From: Amphiscolops sp. MND2022
Taxonomy: Eukaryota
Direction: 5' to 3'
DNA length: 64,000 bases
Assembly (NCBI GenBank): GCA_964187785.1
Contig: OZ076409.1
Location: 81,656,001 to 81,720,000 of the forward strand
Below are positions 1-12,222 of this stretch, one piece after another. How positions within the stretch are numbered: position 1 is the stretch's first letter; each line of letters begins with the position of its first letter. Position numbers and translations under genes: made by a program. Below the pieces are notes generated by a model that had not been told where the DNA came from, ran no database searches, and saw only the letters and a program-made list of their open reading frames with translations.

Positions 1-2471
1 CTTCAGAGGAATTAAAAAGAAGGCCGCAACGAATTGATTTGATCACGAGTGATGACTAAAATCAGCCTAATAATAATGAACAAATTACCTTTGACGGAAA
101 GTCGACGTGAACCAAAAGAGAGTTAAAGAAAAACCCTTCGAATATCATCTTTTCAAAAGCTACCATGTAAACTAGACCTACATTGCTCATCCTTTTGAAG
201 ACACTAATCCGCAATTGATCTTACTCTAATTACAACCTTACTTTGCTTATCTGATAGCACCGTGATCTATTTGACTTTGTTTCTAAATTTACTATCTTCG
301 ACGTTCAAGCTTGATTGAAAGTCTTTTCTCCAACGACACATCATTTTATTTTAAAAGTTTTATCAAAATTACGAACAAACTAAATCAAGAAAAGAAGCAC
401 CGTAACGGACGAGGACGGTTAAATGGCATCTGATACCAATGATCCAATGGAAAATTTGGTCCACTTTTCAAGTTGGCGTAAGTTTTGAAGTGCATCCGGG
501 TGTTGAATGCCTTTTTATTCTTTTACATTATTGAACGAGCTTAAACACCCAAGTTCCACATTTGGTTTTTTCCGACAAATTTATCCATTTTTTGGATCTT
601 TTCAAATTGAAATATAATATATGTTTCTTGTAAAAAAATTCTACCCCATAGTAAACGCAATTTTACAATCGCCAAACGATGTCGACAAAACTTCAGAAAC
701 AGAAAACAGATACAGGAGATCCCAAGCGGTGTTTCATTATAATCAATTCTTGTAAATTTTCCCAAGATTCCCCAGAGTCGACAAAAAGTGTTGTTTTGGT
801 AACTAAAATTGGGTTTGAAAAATGAAATAAGCAAAAACCACAACTCAGGACGCCAAAATCCATTTGCCGAAATTTCTGAAAACCAAAGAAGACGTCTCAA
901 GCCTGAAAAGCAAAAAAAAATCACCAAAGACCAGAAATAAGTTGATCCCTCGCGCCTCGTAACACCATGATCCTGCATTTTTCGAGTCTGAGTGAATTGC
1001 TCTATTTTCACAGCTCTATTTTATTGGTTTGAAAAGTGAGAAAAACTTTTCCCTGTTTTATCATGAGTTTTTCGCTATGGTTTTATAATCGTTAGCCTGT
1101 CAATTGAATTTATTGTGTTGCTATTTTTCGAGAAATACTTACTGAGGATTTATTGCCATCTTTGACAAATTTTAACAAATGCAGACTCTGTTTTCTGTTT
1201 TCTGTTTTTGTTTTGCAGTTATCTTGGATTTTTCATTTAAGCCTAAATTCTGCTTTTTATACCGGACAGTGTTTTCTAGCATATCATTTCGAAACAATCC
1301 TTTGTTGAAAATGTTTGAACTTTTTCCACGCACTTTTAACTTTATTGTTGCTATCAACTTCACTTTGATTTTTAAAAATTTATACGGAATCATTCATGCG
1401 AAAATATTTCCCTGTTATACTCAAATTTCATCAGACTGCTTGAAAGATTTATTTAGGTTTTGGCGGCAATTTTAGCCCTTCACGTTTTGCAGGTTTGAAA
1501 AGAAATGGAGGCTAGAAACCGTTCTAATTTTAAATGCAACTAAGTTGCTATCAGTTTTACTGTAATTCTACACGATTTACCATATGTACATTATTGAAAT
1601 TGCTAGGGTTGTTAAAAAATCATTCTGCATGCAGGCCTGCATCATATAAAAAAATCCAACAGTCTCAACTAGGGATACCTCTGAGAGAGCTCATGTATTT
1701 TACTTGGTGGTTTCCAAAGAGAGTTTGTGAATCGAGTCAGATACGTCAAGTTAATTTAAAGTGACCTTCGGAGCACCAATATCAACGCTGAATCTCTTCA
1801 GCTTATCTGCTTTTTCGTATCTCCTGACAACTTGAAAGCGGAGAGCAAACAAAAAAGTTCAAAACCAACATCTTGAGAAGTATAAGATAAACTAAATAAA
1901 TGGGTGATTGCTTGTACAAAAAGTCTTGAATCCTGTCAAAATTAGAAAGATCTCAATCTGTGATAGGTACGAGTCTCCATAATAATTGTACCAGAAATAT
2001 TTGGAAACGTGGTTTGAACTTGAAGTTATTATAACTGGGCTGCTTGAAGCTGTTGCTGAAATGATGTACAATTTTGAGAAAATAATCAAATGATAGGAAA
2101 CGTGATTCAACTATTTCAATAAAATGTATTCATCAAATTCAGATGCTTAAAACATGCTAAATCCTTCAGTTTTTAAACTTTTCCAGAAACAGTGCGCGAA
2201 GAAAACGAAAAAAACATATAAAGACGATTTTTTTGATTGGCCAATTGCTGCTAAATAGAAACCATTTTGGTCATAGTTCTGAAGGGTTTCACTTTAGTGG
2301 ATGCGTTTCGATGCGTTGTCCAAGTTAGAACTTTCACGTAGAGTTTCTAGAAAATTCAATATTAGTTGATGGTTTTCAAGCTCGCCTTCAAACTTAAATC
2401 AGAAACAAAATCATCACAACTTTCAATAACACAATCGTCAAGAAACAAACTTCATAACTCATACAAAAGCA

Positions 2472-2850
2472 AACAAGCCGGGAACGGCCCAAGTCGGCGC
2501 CATATTTAAGGCTCAAAAAGACTCGAAAACCACTTTTTCTACAACTGGAGACAACAAAAGCTCTCAAAAAACTAAAAATTGAGAAAAACAATTTCCGAAT
2601 TTTTTTGAATTTTTTTTTGAAGTTTCCGGTAAGTCGCATAGTGCCGAAAAATGTAAAAGGGGGACGCTTTTTATCTCATGTTAGACGCTTTGGATGCGTT
2701 GAAAATGAAGTACTAAGTACATATGGTAAAAGTTGGAAAATGTGCATTAATTGCATTAATGCACAAAAAGTGGACGTTACGCGTTGAACTGACGAAAAAA
2801 AACTAGCCACTGTAAGAGTCGGGATTTTCTTCGAAAACGCCGACTAAAAA
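2472..2850 (-). mobile_element. Non-autonomous Helentron-associated (HINE/DINE-1-like) element, copy A
   Basis: Ends AACAAGCCGGGAACGGC..AAGTCGGCGC and AGTCGGG..CGCCGACTAAAAA. Subterminal inverted repeat AGTCGGCGC/GCGCCGACT, a hairpin at each end and T-rich termini are shared with the other copies in the window. Confidence 0.7.
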
Positions 2851-2970
2851 TAGAACGAGAAACTCCTAATGAAGAAGTTTATAGTAGGAAGTTATTCTTT
2901 TCAATCATTATCTATCTATGGAATTTAAACAACCTTAAGCATTAGTAGCGGTAGCTTTGATTAAGGTTGT

Positions 2971-3453
2971 TTTTAGTCGGCGCATTCTAATAGAAAATGT
3001 GCCCGACTCTTACAGTGGGTAGTTTTTTTTTATAGACGCGTAAGGTCCACTTTTTTGTTCATTTGTTCAACAACTTGAACTATGGAGGTTCAAAACACTC
3101 GAACCTCAGAAGCGAGTCCAAAACGAAAAGAAAAAACAAAACACTTCCAGAACCTCGAAAACACACTAAGGATCCCACCTTAGCCCCATTTTCTGTCGGC
3201 ACTATGCGACTTTTTTTCGAAAATTTTTGACTTGCACCAAAGGGTCCCCCTTCATTTGTTTCGATTTTTTGCATCACAATGGATGTCAAAAAATCCCAAA
3301 GGGTCCCTCCTTTTACATTTTTCGACACTGTTACACTGTTCAAAAATCACATTATTTAAAAATTTTTTTGGGAATATTTTAAAGTCAAAGGGTCCCCCGT
3401 TTACAATTTCGAGCCTTAGATATGGCGCCGACTTTGGCCGTTCTCAGCTTGTT
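2971..3453 (+). mobile_element. HINE/DINE-1-like element, copy B
   Basis: TTTTAGTCGGCGC...GCCCGACT at the 5' end; central AAGGGTCCC repeats; GGCGCCGACTTTGGCCGTTCTCAGCTTGTT at the 3' end. Confidence 0.7.
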
Positions 3454-4979
3454 GACAATTAAACGTTTGCCCGTGCGTACAGGCGTCGACAACCTAGAAG
3501 ACCCATCGGTGGCAAAAGACTATCATTCAAATCTCTACATATGGTCATAACGGTGACGGCGAGTGCCTCTCTAGTTGCCACAAGTAGTTTTTGTTCAGAA
3601 CAATACAAAAAACATCTTTTGATTCATCTCTTCAAAAAAGCTAATGACATTTCCTTCGTTTTATTGAACATCGCATTGTCAAAGTCCTCATTGAGTGAAC
3701 ATTAGTGTATATGTTCTCAGTAACGCTATCAACATTTGAACGCAAAAAACTCTTGAATTTTTCAGAAATATCTTCTGGTACTCTTGCATTTTTGGTTTAG
3801 TATTTGTCAAGATTGCTACCACAAATTCATACATAAATATCTAACAAGATTGTTCCAAGGTTCATGATAAACGAAGATTGGAAAACACCAGTTAAAAGAC
3901 TAAATAATCATCAAAATGATCAGTTTAAAAAGATAATATTACTGTGCAGCATCTGAATACGTACAAATATAAATATTTAACTAGAACTAATTGCAGAATT
4001 TATTTGCAGTCAAACACTGAACTTAGTTCAGTGAGCGCGTTGACTGAAGCGCTGCCTCAGCAATGGCAGCTAACAACAGCAAGCCGTGTTGGCTAAGTAA
4101 CCAGCCAATCAGAATTGAGGGCAAACAAATTTAGTCGACTGAGTGGTTTCCCCAGGCAGCCCACCAGTCGACTAGATATGAGCCAACTGCTCAGTCAACC
4201 CACCAGCCAACTTACTTTTTTTAGTAGTAACCAAGAGTCATTCAGTGCATTGTGTATGCAATTCCACAGCTTTAAAGATGCTTGAAATGACGAACATTTG
4301 GGATGATGAAACAAAAGAGATGAATATTGAAGCTGTCATATTGTCTATTGTGATTTAGATAAGATCTGAATCAACATCCTAGGTAACGTGATACAATTTG
4401 TGTCTGAATCATCAGCCAGGAAAACACACTTGCAATATTTTAATGAACTGAAAATATTTTTCAAGTTAGGGTGATGTTATTTATTACGTACATTAGGTAA
4501 TCGGTGCTATTGCACTGGTTTATCCGCATTTGTTGCTCGTAATACTAGTCATCCCGACTAAGTGTTGCTTCTTTCAAATAGCCTGAGTCAACACTCTGGT
4601 CAACTGTTCGGTTGCTTAAATTCAATTTTGCTGCCTGGAGTTCGACCAGGATTTTTATTCGATCAATGTTGCTTGAAACTCGAATTGTTCGTATTATTTT
4701 TTCACGATTTCTTTGTATTTTTCATTTTAGTTTTTAGTACATTTTGCTGTCTAATTTTGTTGAAATACCTAAATTTCTTTGATGGTAATTTCATTTTTTT
4801 TCCTGCGCCAGCAGCTAGGTTCGTTTGCTTTCATTGCCAACTTCAGCTTCGGTGTCAAGAATAAGCCGTGAAATGATAAAGATGGGATGCGGAACTGGTC
4901 TTCGGCAGGAAATTGATTCCCACTCTTCCTTAAAAGTGCGATGAAACGGAAAGCCGAATCTCAAAACAAATTGCCTTTT

Positions 4980-5640
4980 TTGTACTTCCTCGCCTCGGAA
5001 AGACGCTGAGCTGAACAAGGTGTGACCTCACCTGCCGGGTTTCTATCCGCGTGTGTAGCGAAAAGTATATTTACAAGTCGCGGGACTAGAGAAGACACAA
5101 TTTTGTTTTGTTGTCATTTACTGTAATATTTTGTACTGATCTCAACCTGTTAATTTCCGAATAGTAATTCATGATCTTTGTTGCTGTAGCTTTCACTTTT
5201 TATAACCCTTTGTTTGCTTGCTTCAACTTTCGACGATTATATTATTTTGTTATTGCAAAGAAAAGACTGAACGAATTGCTGAGATCTCCTGAAAAATTCA
5301 GAAAACGAAATGAAACACTAATTTACACATTGCCTCGTTCACGACCTTTTCCCTTAGACTAAATGCCTGAAAAATCTAGTAAAAGGCTACATAGGAGAGA
5401 CTTTTCGGAGGAAAGAAGAGGTGTGAAGAAGAGATGAGAAGTTAAGCAGCCCTCGTTTTGCCAAAAGTTCCAGTCTGTCTGAGGAGGACTTTGTAGATAT
5501 AACAAACAAAATTGAGAGTAAAGTCTGTAAGAGACTTAAGGACACTGAACTCGCACAATGAGAACTATTTAGGTTAATCGGAAGTTTATCGTCAAAGGTT
5601 CATTCTCTCACAGGTTTCAACATGTAATTCGAATTGAGAA
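4980..5640 (+). mobile_element. Possible decayed LTR-retrotransposon 5' region (gag-like remnant)
   Basis: A stop-interrupted coiled-coil-like frame (SLSEEDFVDITNKIESKVCKRLKDTELAQ*ELFRLIGSLSSKV) near 5470-5610. No diagnostic motif; the call is an impression only. Confidence 0.2.
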
Positions 5641-7228
5641 TCAACCTCAGGAGAATGTTCATTGATGGGAAACGCCCATGAAATGGACGATGTCCAGGAA
5701 GTAACACACCAAGATAGTTGCGACAGCAACCTTCATCAACTGCGGCCTTGTAGTGTGTGTACTCACTCGTTTTTCACAGTTGTTTACTTTACTGATCAAG
5801 CGAATTATTCCAGTGCAACTCCTGTGCAATATAATGGACGACTTTGACACAAACTTCACAATTTTTTGTTCTGGATACCACCTGCTAAAAAAGTGCGTCG
5901 AAGCAAATTGATATATATTCAAAAGCTGAACTGTTACGGATTTGAACTGATATTCGAACAAAATCAGTCACCGGTGGATCGCATAAGAAGCTTTTAAAAG
6001 AATTTCTGGCATTTAAAACTGTTAATTTTATTGGTATTCCTTTGTATTTTGTCTCCAATATAGACATTCGTCATCCAAATCACCTCTCTCAACTCACCAA
6101 CTACCAGCCGAATGCTTTGGAACAATGGAAAATAGCAATTTCCAGAAAAATAATTTTACATGCGAAAATGACTGTTCCGAGTTGACAATGCAAGATGGAG
6201 TGTCCGAGTGTCTAACATCGATGTCCTCGTGCGAGCAGGACCGTTCATCTTAATGGCCAAATTTAGGCACAGAGAATTACAAGGGCTTGGTTCGAGAGGG
6301 ACACATTCAAAAAGACCCGCTCTCCGTTTTAAAGATGCCTGAATGTGTGATCTCTCTGCGAACATCGACTCTCAGACTCGGTTAATGGGAAAGCCCGGCG
6401 AAACCAGAGATTGCAAGCAAGGCACAGTGATCAGACTTCACACATATCTACTACAAGCGGCAAGATTTGAGGGTCGAAGACTTGTCAGTTGGGCCACCAC
6501 TAAAGTTGCGGTCTTCAGGATCCATCATAAACAAGATGCAAACCATCAAAATAGACGTCCCGGGACATATGGAGCCATCAGATCAGATCAGATCTTGAAA
6601 CCGCCGCTTCAGTTTTGCCAAGTAAAAATAGCTCAGCCATAACGATCAACTTACAAGCCCAAACAATCGAGGATTGAAGCGGCCCATCGTTAAGCAGAGG
6701 ACTACAGGTTCGTTTTCCTTTTACTAGTTACCGATGGCCCCCTTCCCTTCATGACCGCCGCAAAGTCTGTGCTTTGATGAGAGACACAGTGACCTCCGAT
6801 GGGTTACCCTGAGGAAGTCATTGTCGTACTGGCATTGAAGTTTCACGGAGATCATTAGAACAGTGGACAACACAGCATTCATTCGAAAACTCGTTCCTTG
6901 TGGCAAGTGTGTCAACATTTGAGTGGGAAATAGTTTTTAAAATAGGTTTTCGCGCAAACTTTTGACATCAACTTCTCCATTTCACGGTTTCTGAAATTTT
7001 CTGGTTGTTTGTTCTCTGAAAATGGTAAGATTGGAGTGTTCAGTAAGTGAGATGTTAAAACATGATATACTTAGAAGAAAAACCTTGCCAGATAAACTTC
7101 ATGTTTAAACATAAACTAAATGAGAGAAACGTTGAAATTCTTTCTTGAAATTTGCTACATTCTATTGGCAGCACCTTCATTGACATCATCTGCTTTTAAT
7201 GTGGTTGATAAAATCATTCATCTCAATT

Positions 7229-9331
7229 ATGGAACCTGGAAAACTGATCATTCTTATAGTTTCCAGTTGTTGCTTCCAGCTGATATCTGGCACTGAAATT
7301 AACCCAGTGGTTGTTTATGATGTCATGGTGATGAAAAACGAGTTGCCAAAATCAGTTCATGAATACAGGATTCCGATATTGGCCATAGGACCCATAGACA
7401 ATACGCTTGTTCTTTTTGCTGAGGCGCGACTGGGATCTTCAGCTGATTATGCTCCGAAAAACATTGTATCCAAATATTCCACTGATAATGGTCTTACATG
7501 GTTTGTACCAGTTTTGTTATGCATAAATAGATAGTTCATAATCAAAATCATAATGATACAGAATGCTTAGAAAATCTCAATTATGAAAAACGATTGAAGT
7601 TCAATTTCCGTTTACAATTGAACAATCAGAACATTTTGACGAAGAAAAAACAGTTCTATGGAAGATTTTCGTCGTAAATGATGCTTTAGAAATTGTCCAT
7701 TTTTTGTGAAAATTTTTCAGAAGTAACAAAAATTGATTGAAATACAATTGAATTCAACTGCCACTGTTACTTTTATTCTAAAATGCTTTCAGGTCCGATT
7801 ACGTCACGCTGTTCGAGTCTCCTTACAATGGGAATATTTTCAGTGCCAATGCAATTATCGATTATGAAACACAGACTATGTTTTTCATCTTCAATTTTTG
7901 CCCTCAACCTTGCGTTGAGTTTTACGCTAATTACATTGTGGAGTCAAACGACGATGGCAAAACATGGTCATCGCCCAGAAATATTTCTACTCAGATCACA
8001 CCGCTGAATTATATCGGAGGGCCATCGCTAGGTGGAACTTTTTCCTTTCCCCCACCCAACCATTTTCGGGCGAATATCGTAATATTAGGATAAATTAGTT
8101 GCTGATTATATGTCAAGATATCAGAATAAAGTAAAGTCGAGTGTATTAGGAATTGCTAAAAAGTAATTGTAGTAGAAAACTTCAGGGAACAGTCAGTTTT
8201 TTCATTGTGTGAGGGGGAAAAGGGAAAAGAGCTCCCTAGGTATTCAGAAGAAGTACGACCCCCACAGAGGCCGTTTGGTGGCTTGTGGTCACATAGAACC
8301 ATTGACAGTAGACGGAGTTTTTTGTATCTACAGTGACGATCATGGAACGACATGGAAATTAGGTGAACCAGAGCTTGGAATTCCTTACAACGAGACAAAA
8401 ACATCAGGCGACTTCTTGCCCGATGAGACAACAATTGTGGAACTTCCTAATGGCGATATAATGGCAAATTCACGCAATCAAAACTACTTCCATTGTCGAT
8501 GCCGATTTACTTTAATTTCCAAAAATGGAGGGCAGTCTTTCGACAGAAAGTTGATCCGAATGAATGAACAATTACTGGACTCAGCGTGTCATGCTGGATT
8601 GGCCATTTACAATGATCAGCTTCTCCTATTCACCAACCCAAACAGCACTACCACTAGGTTTGTCACTGTTTATACACTAAATTTGTCGCTGTGTTTCATT
8701 GAGAGTTGATCCTTTTTCGATGAACTAGACTTTTTAAACCATGTTGGTAAGCGTAACTTTCAATACCTAATCACCACTCTCAAACAGTTTTTCTTTCAGA
8801 TGACAGTTTTTTGAACGAGAATTTTCGTTCACATTCAATTTTCGTTCATATCAAATTCTCCTTGATATCAATTTGGCTGACGGAATATCTTATAGCAATC
8901 ATAATGCCACATGAAACAGGCTTTTGCATGAAGTTTTTCAGCAGAAATCTTTTGCGATTTTCATTTTTTCTGGGTATATCAATTACGTCATAGTTATTTT
9001 TTAAAAGCAAGAAAGTGAAAATGATAGAAGTTTTGGAATTTCAAGGTACTCCTATTTGAGACATTGACAAATATCACGCCTTGGACTTTGAACCCTTTTT
9101 TGCAGAGAGCAATTAACTCTGAAGTGGTCGAACGATTTCGGAGTAACTTGGAGCGAGGGCATTATGATCTGGCCAATGGGAGCAGCTTACTCCTCAATTG
9201 CTGCCTACCCGAGTTATGACCCGACTTCAGAACACGCCCGAGTGTATGTTGCTTACGAGCGATCTTACAGCATTCCGGGAATTTCGTCACTCAATGTCGC
9301 AGTGATTGATTTATTCGGTCAACCAAATTGA
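7229..9331 (+). CDS. Sialidase/neuraminidase (GH33, NEU1-like) paralog 1; exons 7229-7500, 7793-8031, 8240-8657, 9106-9331
   Basis: Signal-peptide-like N-terminus, YRIP motif, Asp boxes (STDNGLTW, SNDDGKTW, SDDHGTTW, SNDFGVTW), and PDE, NSRNQ, AYSS and YER catalytic-site motifs. All three introns are GT-AG and phase-compatible. Confidence 0.9.
8031..8236. mobile_element. MITE-like insertion forming intron 2 (8032-8239) of sialidase 1
   Basis: Imperfect TIRs GGTGGAACTTTTTCCTTTCCCCCACCCAA / TTGTGTGAGGGGGAAAAGGGAAAAGAGCTCCC, flanked by duplicated (C)TA. The intron is absent from paralog 2. Confidence 0.6.
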
Positions 9332-10754
9332 CCCTTCTGTGTCTTGAAAGAATTCAATCATCAAATTTAGTTACAGTAGATATATCTAGCTGAAGTGAAC
9401 GAAATGAAAATTTATTGCAAACTCATCTGCGATAGTTTTCAAATGAATTTATTGGAATTTTTTTATAAGTGTCTTTCGTTTTCATAAAAAACGAAAATTT
9501 TCAATCAAAATTTCATTCATTTTCTTTCAACAGTTATTAGAACAGTCATAGAAGGCCGGAAACGATTTCCATTTCGAGTAGCCGTTGAGCCTTGATTTTT
9601 ATGACTGGTGTCGACAGGGTCTCTCAAGTATGAGTCCTGCACCATACCAGTCGTTCAAGCTTGCAAATGTTAGATGGTAGACCAAAGAGTTTTTTGTAAC
9701 TGTGCAACTTTTTTTCTTGTAAGTCATTTTTTATGAACTTTTCCTGCATTTTTTTGGGGTAACATTGTGTTTTGGCAAAGAAAACCGATTTGCGAGCACA
9801 GTTTTTTGGTACTGTGGTTTTGATCAGCGTTTGCTCAAACATCTCAAACACTGTACTGAGGCATATGTAAAAGACATTTGCCACGTATTGCAATTTTTAG
9901 TCGGCGCTTTATCGATTTAGATGTGGCTTCTTTAAAGACCGACGAACTGACAGATTTTATAAGCTTTCTTTAGGTTTCTATACTGTCCCTGTGACTTGAC
10001 CAAGAGGTTAATTTGGATTTGAGGAATGAGAGGTCTAAAAAGAAGGAGTACGTGAGTCTCGCACCAAACCAAAACTTTTTTATGCTTGCAAAAGTACAGG
10101 TGAGCCAAAAAAAATCACCCTGTCGAATAAAACCGTTTTCCGAGTTTTCAGTGTGACCTCTCTGGTTAGGTTGTGGTCATCTGAGACTGATGACTCTTTT
10201 CGCAATACTTTTCGAAAAGAATTACGGGTTTTTGGCACTGCGAGACTTTTACGGAAAAAATTGAGCATATTCAAAACACTTTGATGTTTTTGAACCTTGA
10301 GCGGGGCGCCGACTCGGGCTGTTGCCGCCTTTTCTGTTTTCACTGGAGCATCATTCGTTTTGTTTGATATTTTCAGTTGAGAGCTGTCTTTTTTACAATG
10401 AAAGTTCCTCCTAATAACAGTATGCAAAAAAATCACTGGGATATTGCGCCTCTTGTAATACTACCTATCAGAATGTTCCTGTTTACAAACAAAGTTTCTG
10501 TAACCATAACTACCGACTTTTACAGATGCGAAGTGAGACCAAAACAGTTTTAAGGTGCAATAAAATTGTAATTTAGCAAGAATCAAATTACTGATATGGA
10601 TGGTTTTCAAGCACGTTTTTGTAGTCTGAGTCTACATCAGTAATGCTTTACTGCAAAAGAAATATTTCTCACAGCTCACAGTTTTAATAATCGGTAAAAA
10701 CAAAATTTCGTTGTAGCCATACACGAACACCTTCTGTATTTGACTAGGAAATGG

Positions 10755-11225
10755 TTACATCTCAAAATCTCCAATGTTAAAATCTCCAAAGTTAAAATCT
10801 CCTAGGTTAAAATCTCCCAAATAGAAATCTCCTAGACCTAAATATCTTGGGTTAAAATCTCCTAGAAATCGAATAAAAGAAACTCATCGAAAAACAACTC
10901 GCCAACATAATTGAAGCGAAAGCTGTTCGATTAAGAACAAAGGCTAACCTCGTTAGTTGTAGAGCGTGAGAATAATAGGCGTCCCAATAAAACTGAACGC
11001 GCATTGAAACATTGATTTAGCGTTAGCAATAATATTTGTCAACATGTCTCAGAATCACTTCCAGTTTTAAAAGGTCACACTGTCATTACCTTCACTCATT
11101 AGTCAATTATGTCATAATCTTTCAATGACTGTCTTAGCTATTAATGCTTAAGCAAAGTTATTTCACACTATGAAATTCAATTTAGGAGATTATGACCAAT
11201 GAGATTTAGGTCTAGGAGATTTCTT
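10755..11225. repeat. MITE-like remnant with AAAATCTCC subterminal repeats
   Basis: Six or more (A)AAATCTCC units at 10762-10863. AGAAATCTCCTAGACCTAAAT (~10823) is inverted at ~11204-11224. Confidence 0.45.
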
Positions 11226-11690
11226 TGGAAAGTCTAAGAGCATCTTTAAAAGGTAAATAACCTCTGATATCACGATCTTTTTGGACGAATACCAGAGAAA
11301 ACGTCTTAAAATGTTAAAACCTAAAAACCTAAAACAAGAGAATATGTTAATGAGGAGGACGAAACAACTCTGGAAAATGGAAGGAGTTTTTTCCCGCCCA
11401 CTAAATCCGTCAGGATAAATAGTACTCTAAACAACGATCCTTGTACAAGTCGTAACAATATTCCAGTGGTTTTAGTTCTTATTAAAATAGTTTTGGTTCT
11501 TATTCCCGCAGTTTTAGTTCTGATTCTAGTGAGTTTAGATCGTATGAACTAGTGACACCAGGTTTGACGAATCTAGCGCGACTAATTTGCCTAGTTGTCC
11601 AGAAGTGTCCAGAAGTTGTCCAGAAGTGTCTCGGGAATAATTTCTAAACATGACTGAGAATGACTCCACAAATTTTCAGACTCATTCCCC

Positions 11691-12222
11691 TTTTTAGTCG
11701 GCGCATTTTAGTAGAAAATGTGCCCGACTATTACAGTGGTTAGTTTTTTTTAGACACGAAAGGTCCACTTTTTTGTTTATTTGTTCAACAACCTCAAACT
11801 TCAACAACTTCAAACCTCAACAACTCCAACCTCAGAAGCGCGTCCAAAACGAAAAGGAAAAACAAAACAGACGTCGACAACCTCGAAAAAAACACCTTAG
11901 CCCCACTTTTTTTCAGCACTTTTTTTAAGTTCTTTGGATTGCACCAGAGGGTACCCCCTTCATTTGTTTCGATATTTTGCAACACAATGGATGTCAAAAA
12001 ATAGCGAAGGGTCCCCCTTTTACATTTTTCGGCACTGTGACACTGTTCAAAAATCTCATTAAAAAAAATTTTTTGGGAAATTTTTTCATGTCTCCAAAGG
12101 GTCCCCCTTAAATTTTTTTCAAATTTTTTGCAACCAGCTGGAGTTTCACAAAGCCCGAAGGGTCCCCCTTTTAAATTTTGAGCCTTAGATATGGCGCCGA
12201 CTTTGGCCGTTCTCGGCTTGTT
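11691..12222 (+). mobile_element. HINE/DINE-1-like element, copy C
   Basis: TTTTTAGTCGGCGCATTTTAGTAGAAAATGTGCCCGACT ... GGCGCCGACTTTGGCCGTTCTCGGCTTGTT. Closely similar to copy B. Confidence 0.75.

Noticed and set aside
541..1475. ORFs of 73-156 aa near the window start
   Set aside because: Low-complexity F/L/K-rich translations of AT-rich DNA with no motifs or splice support.
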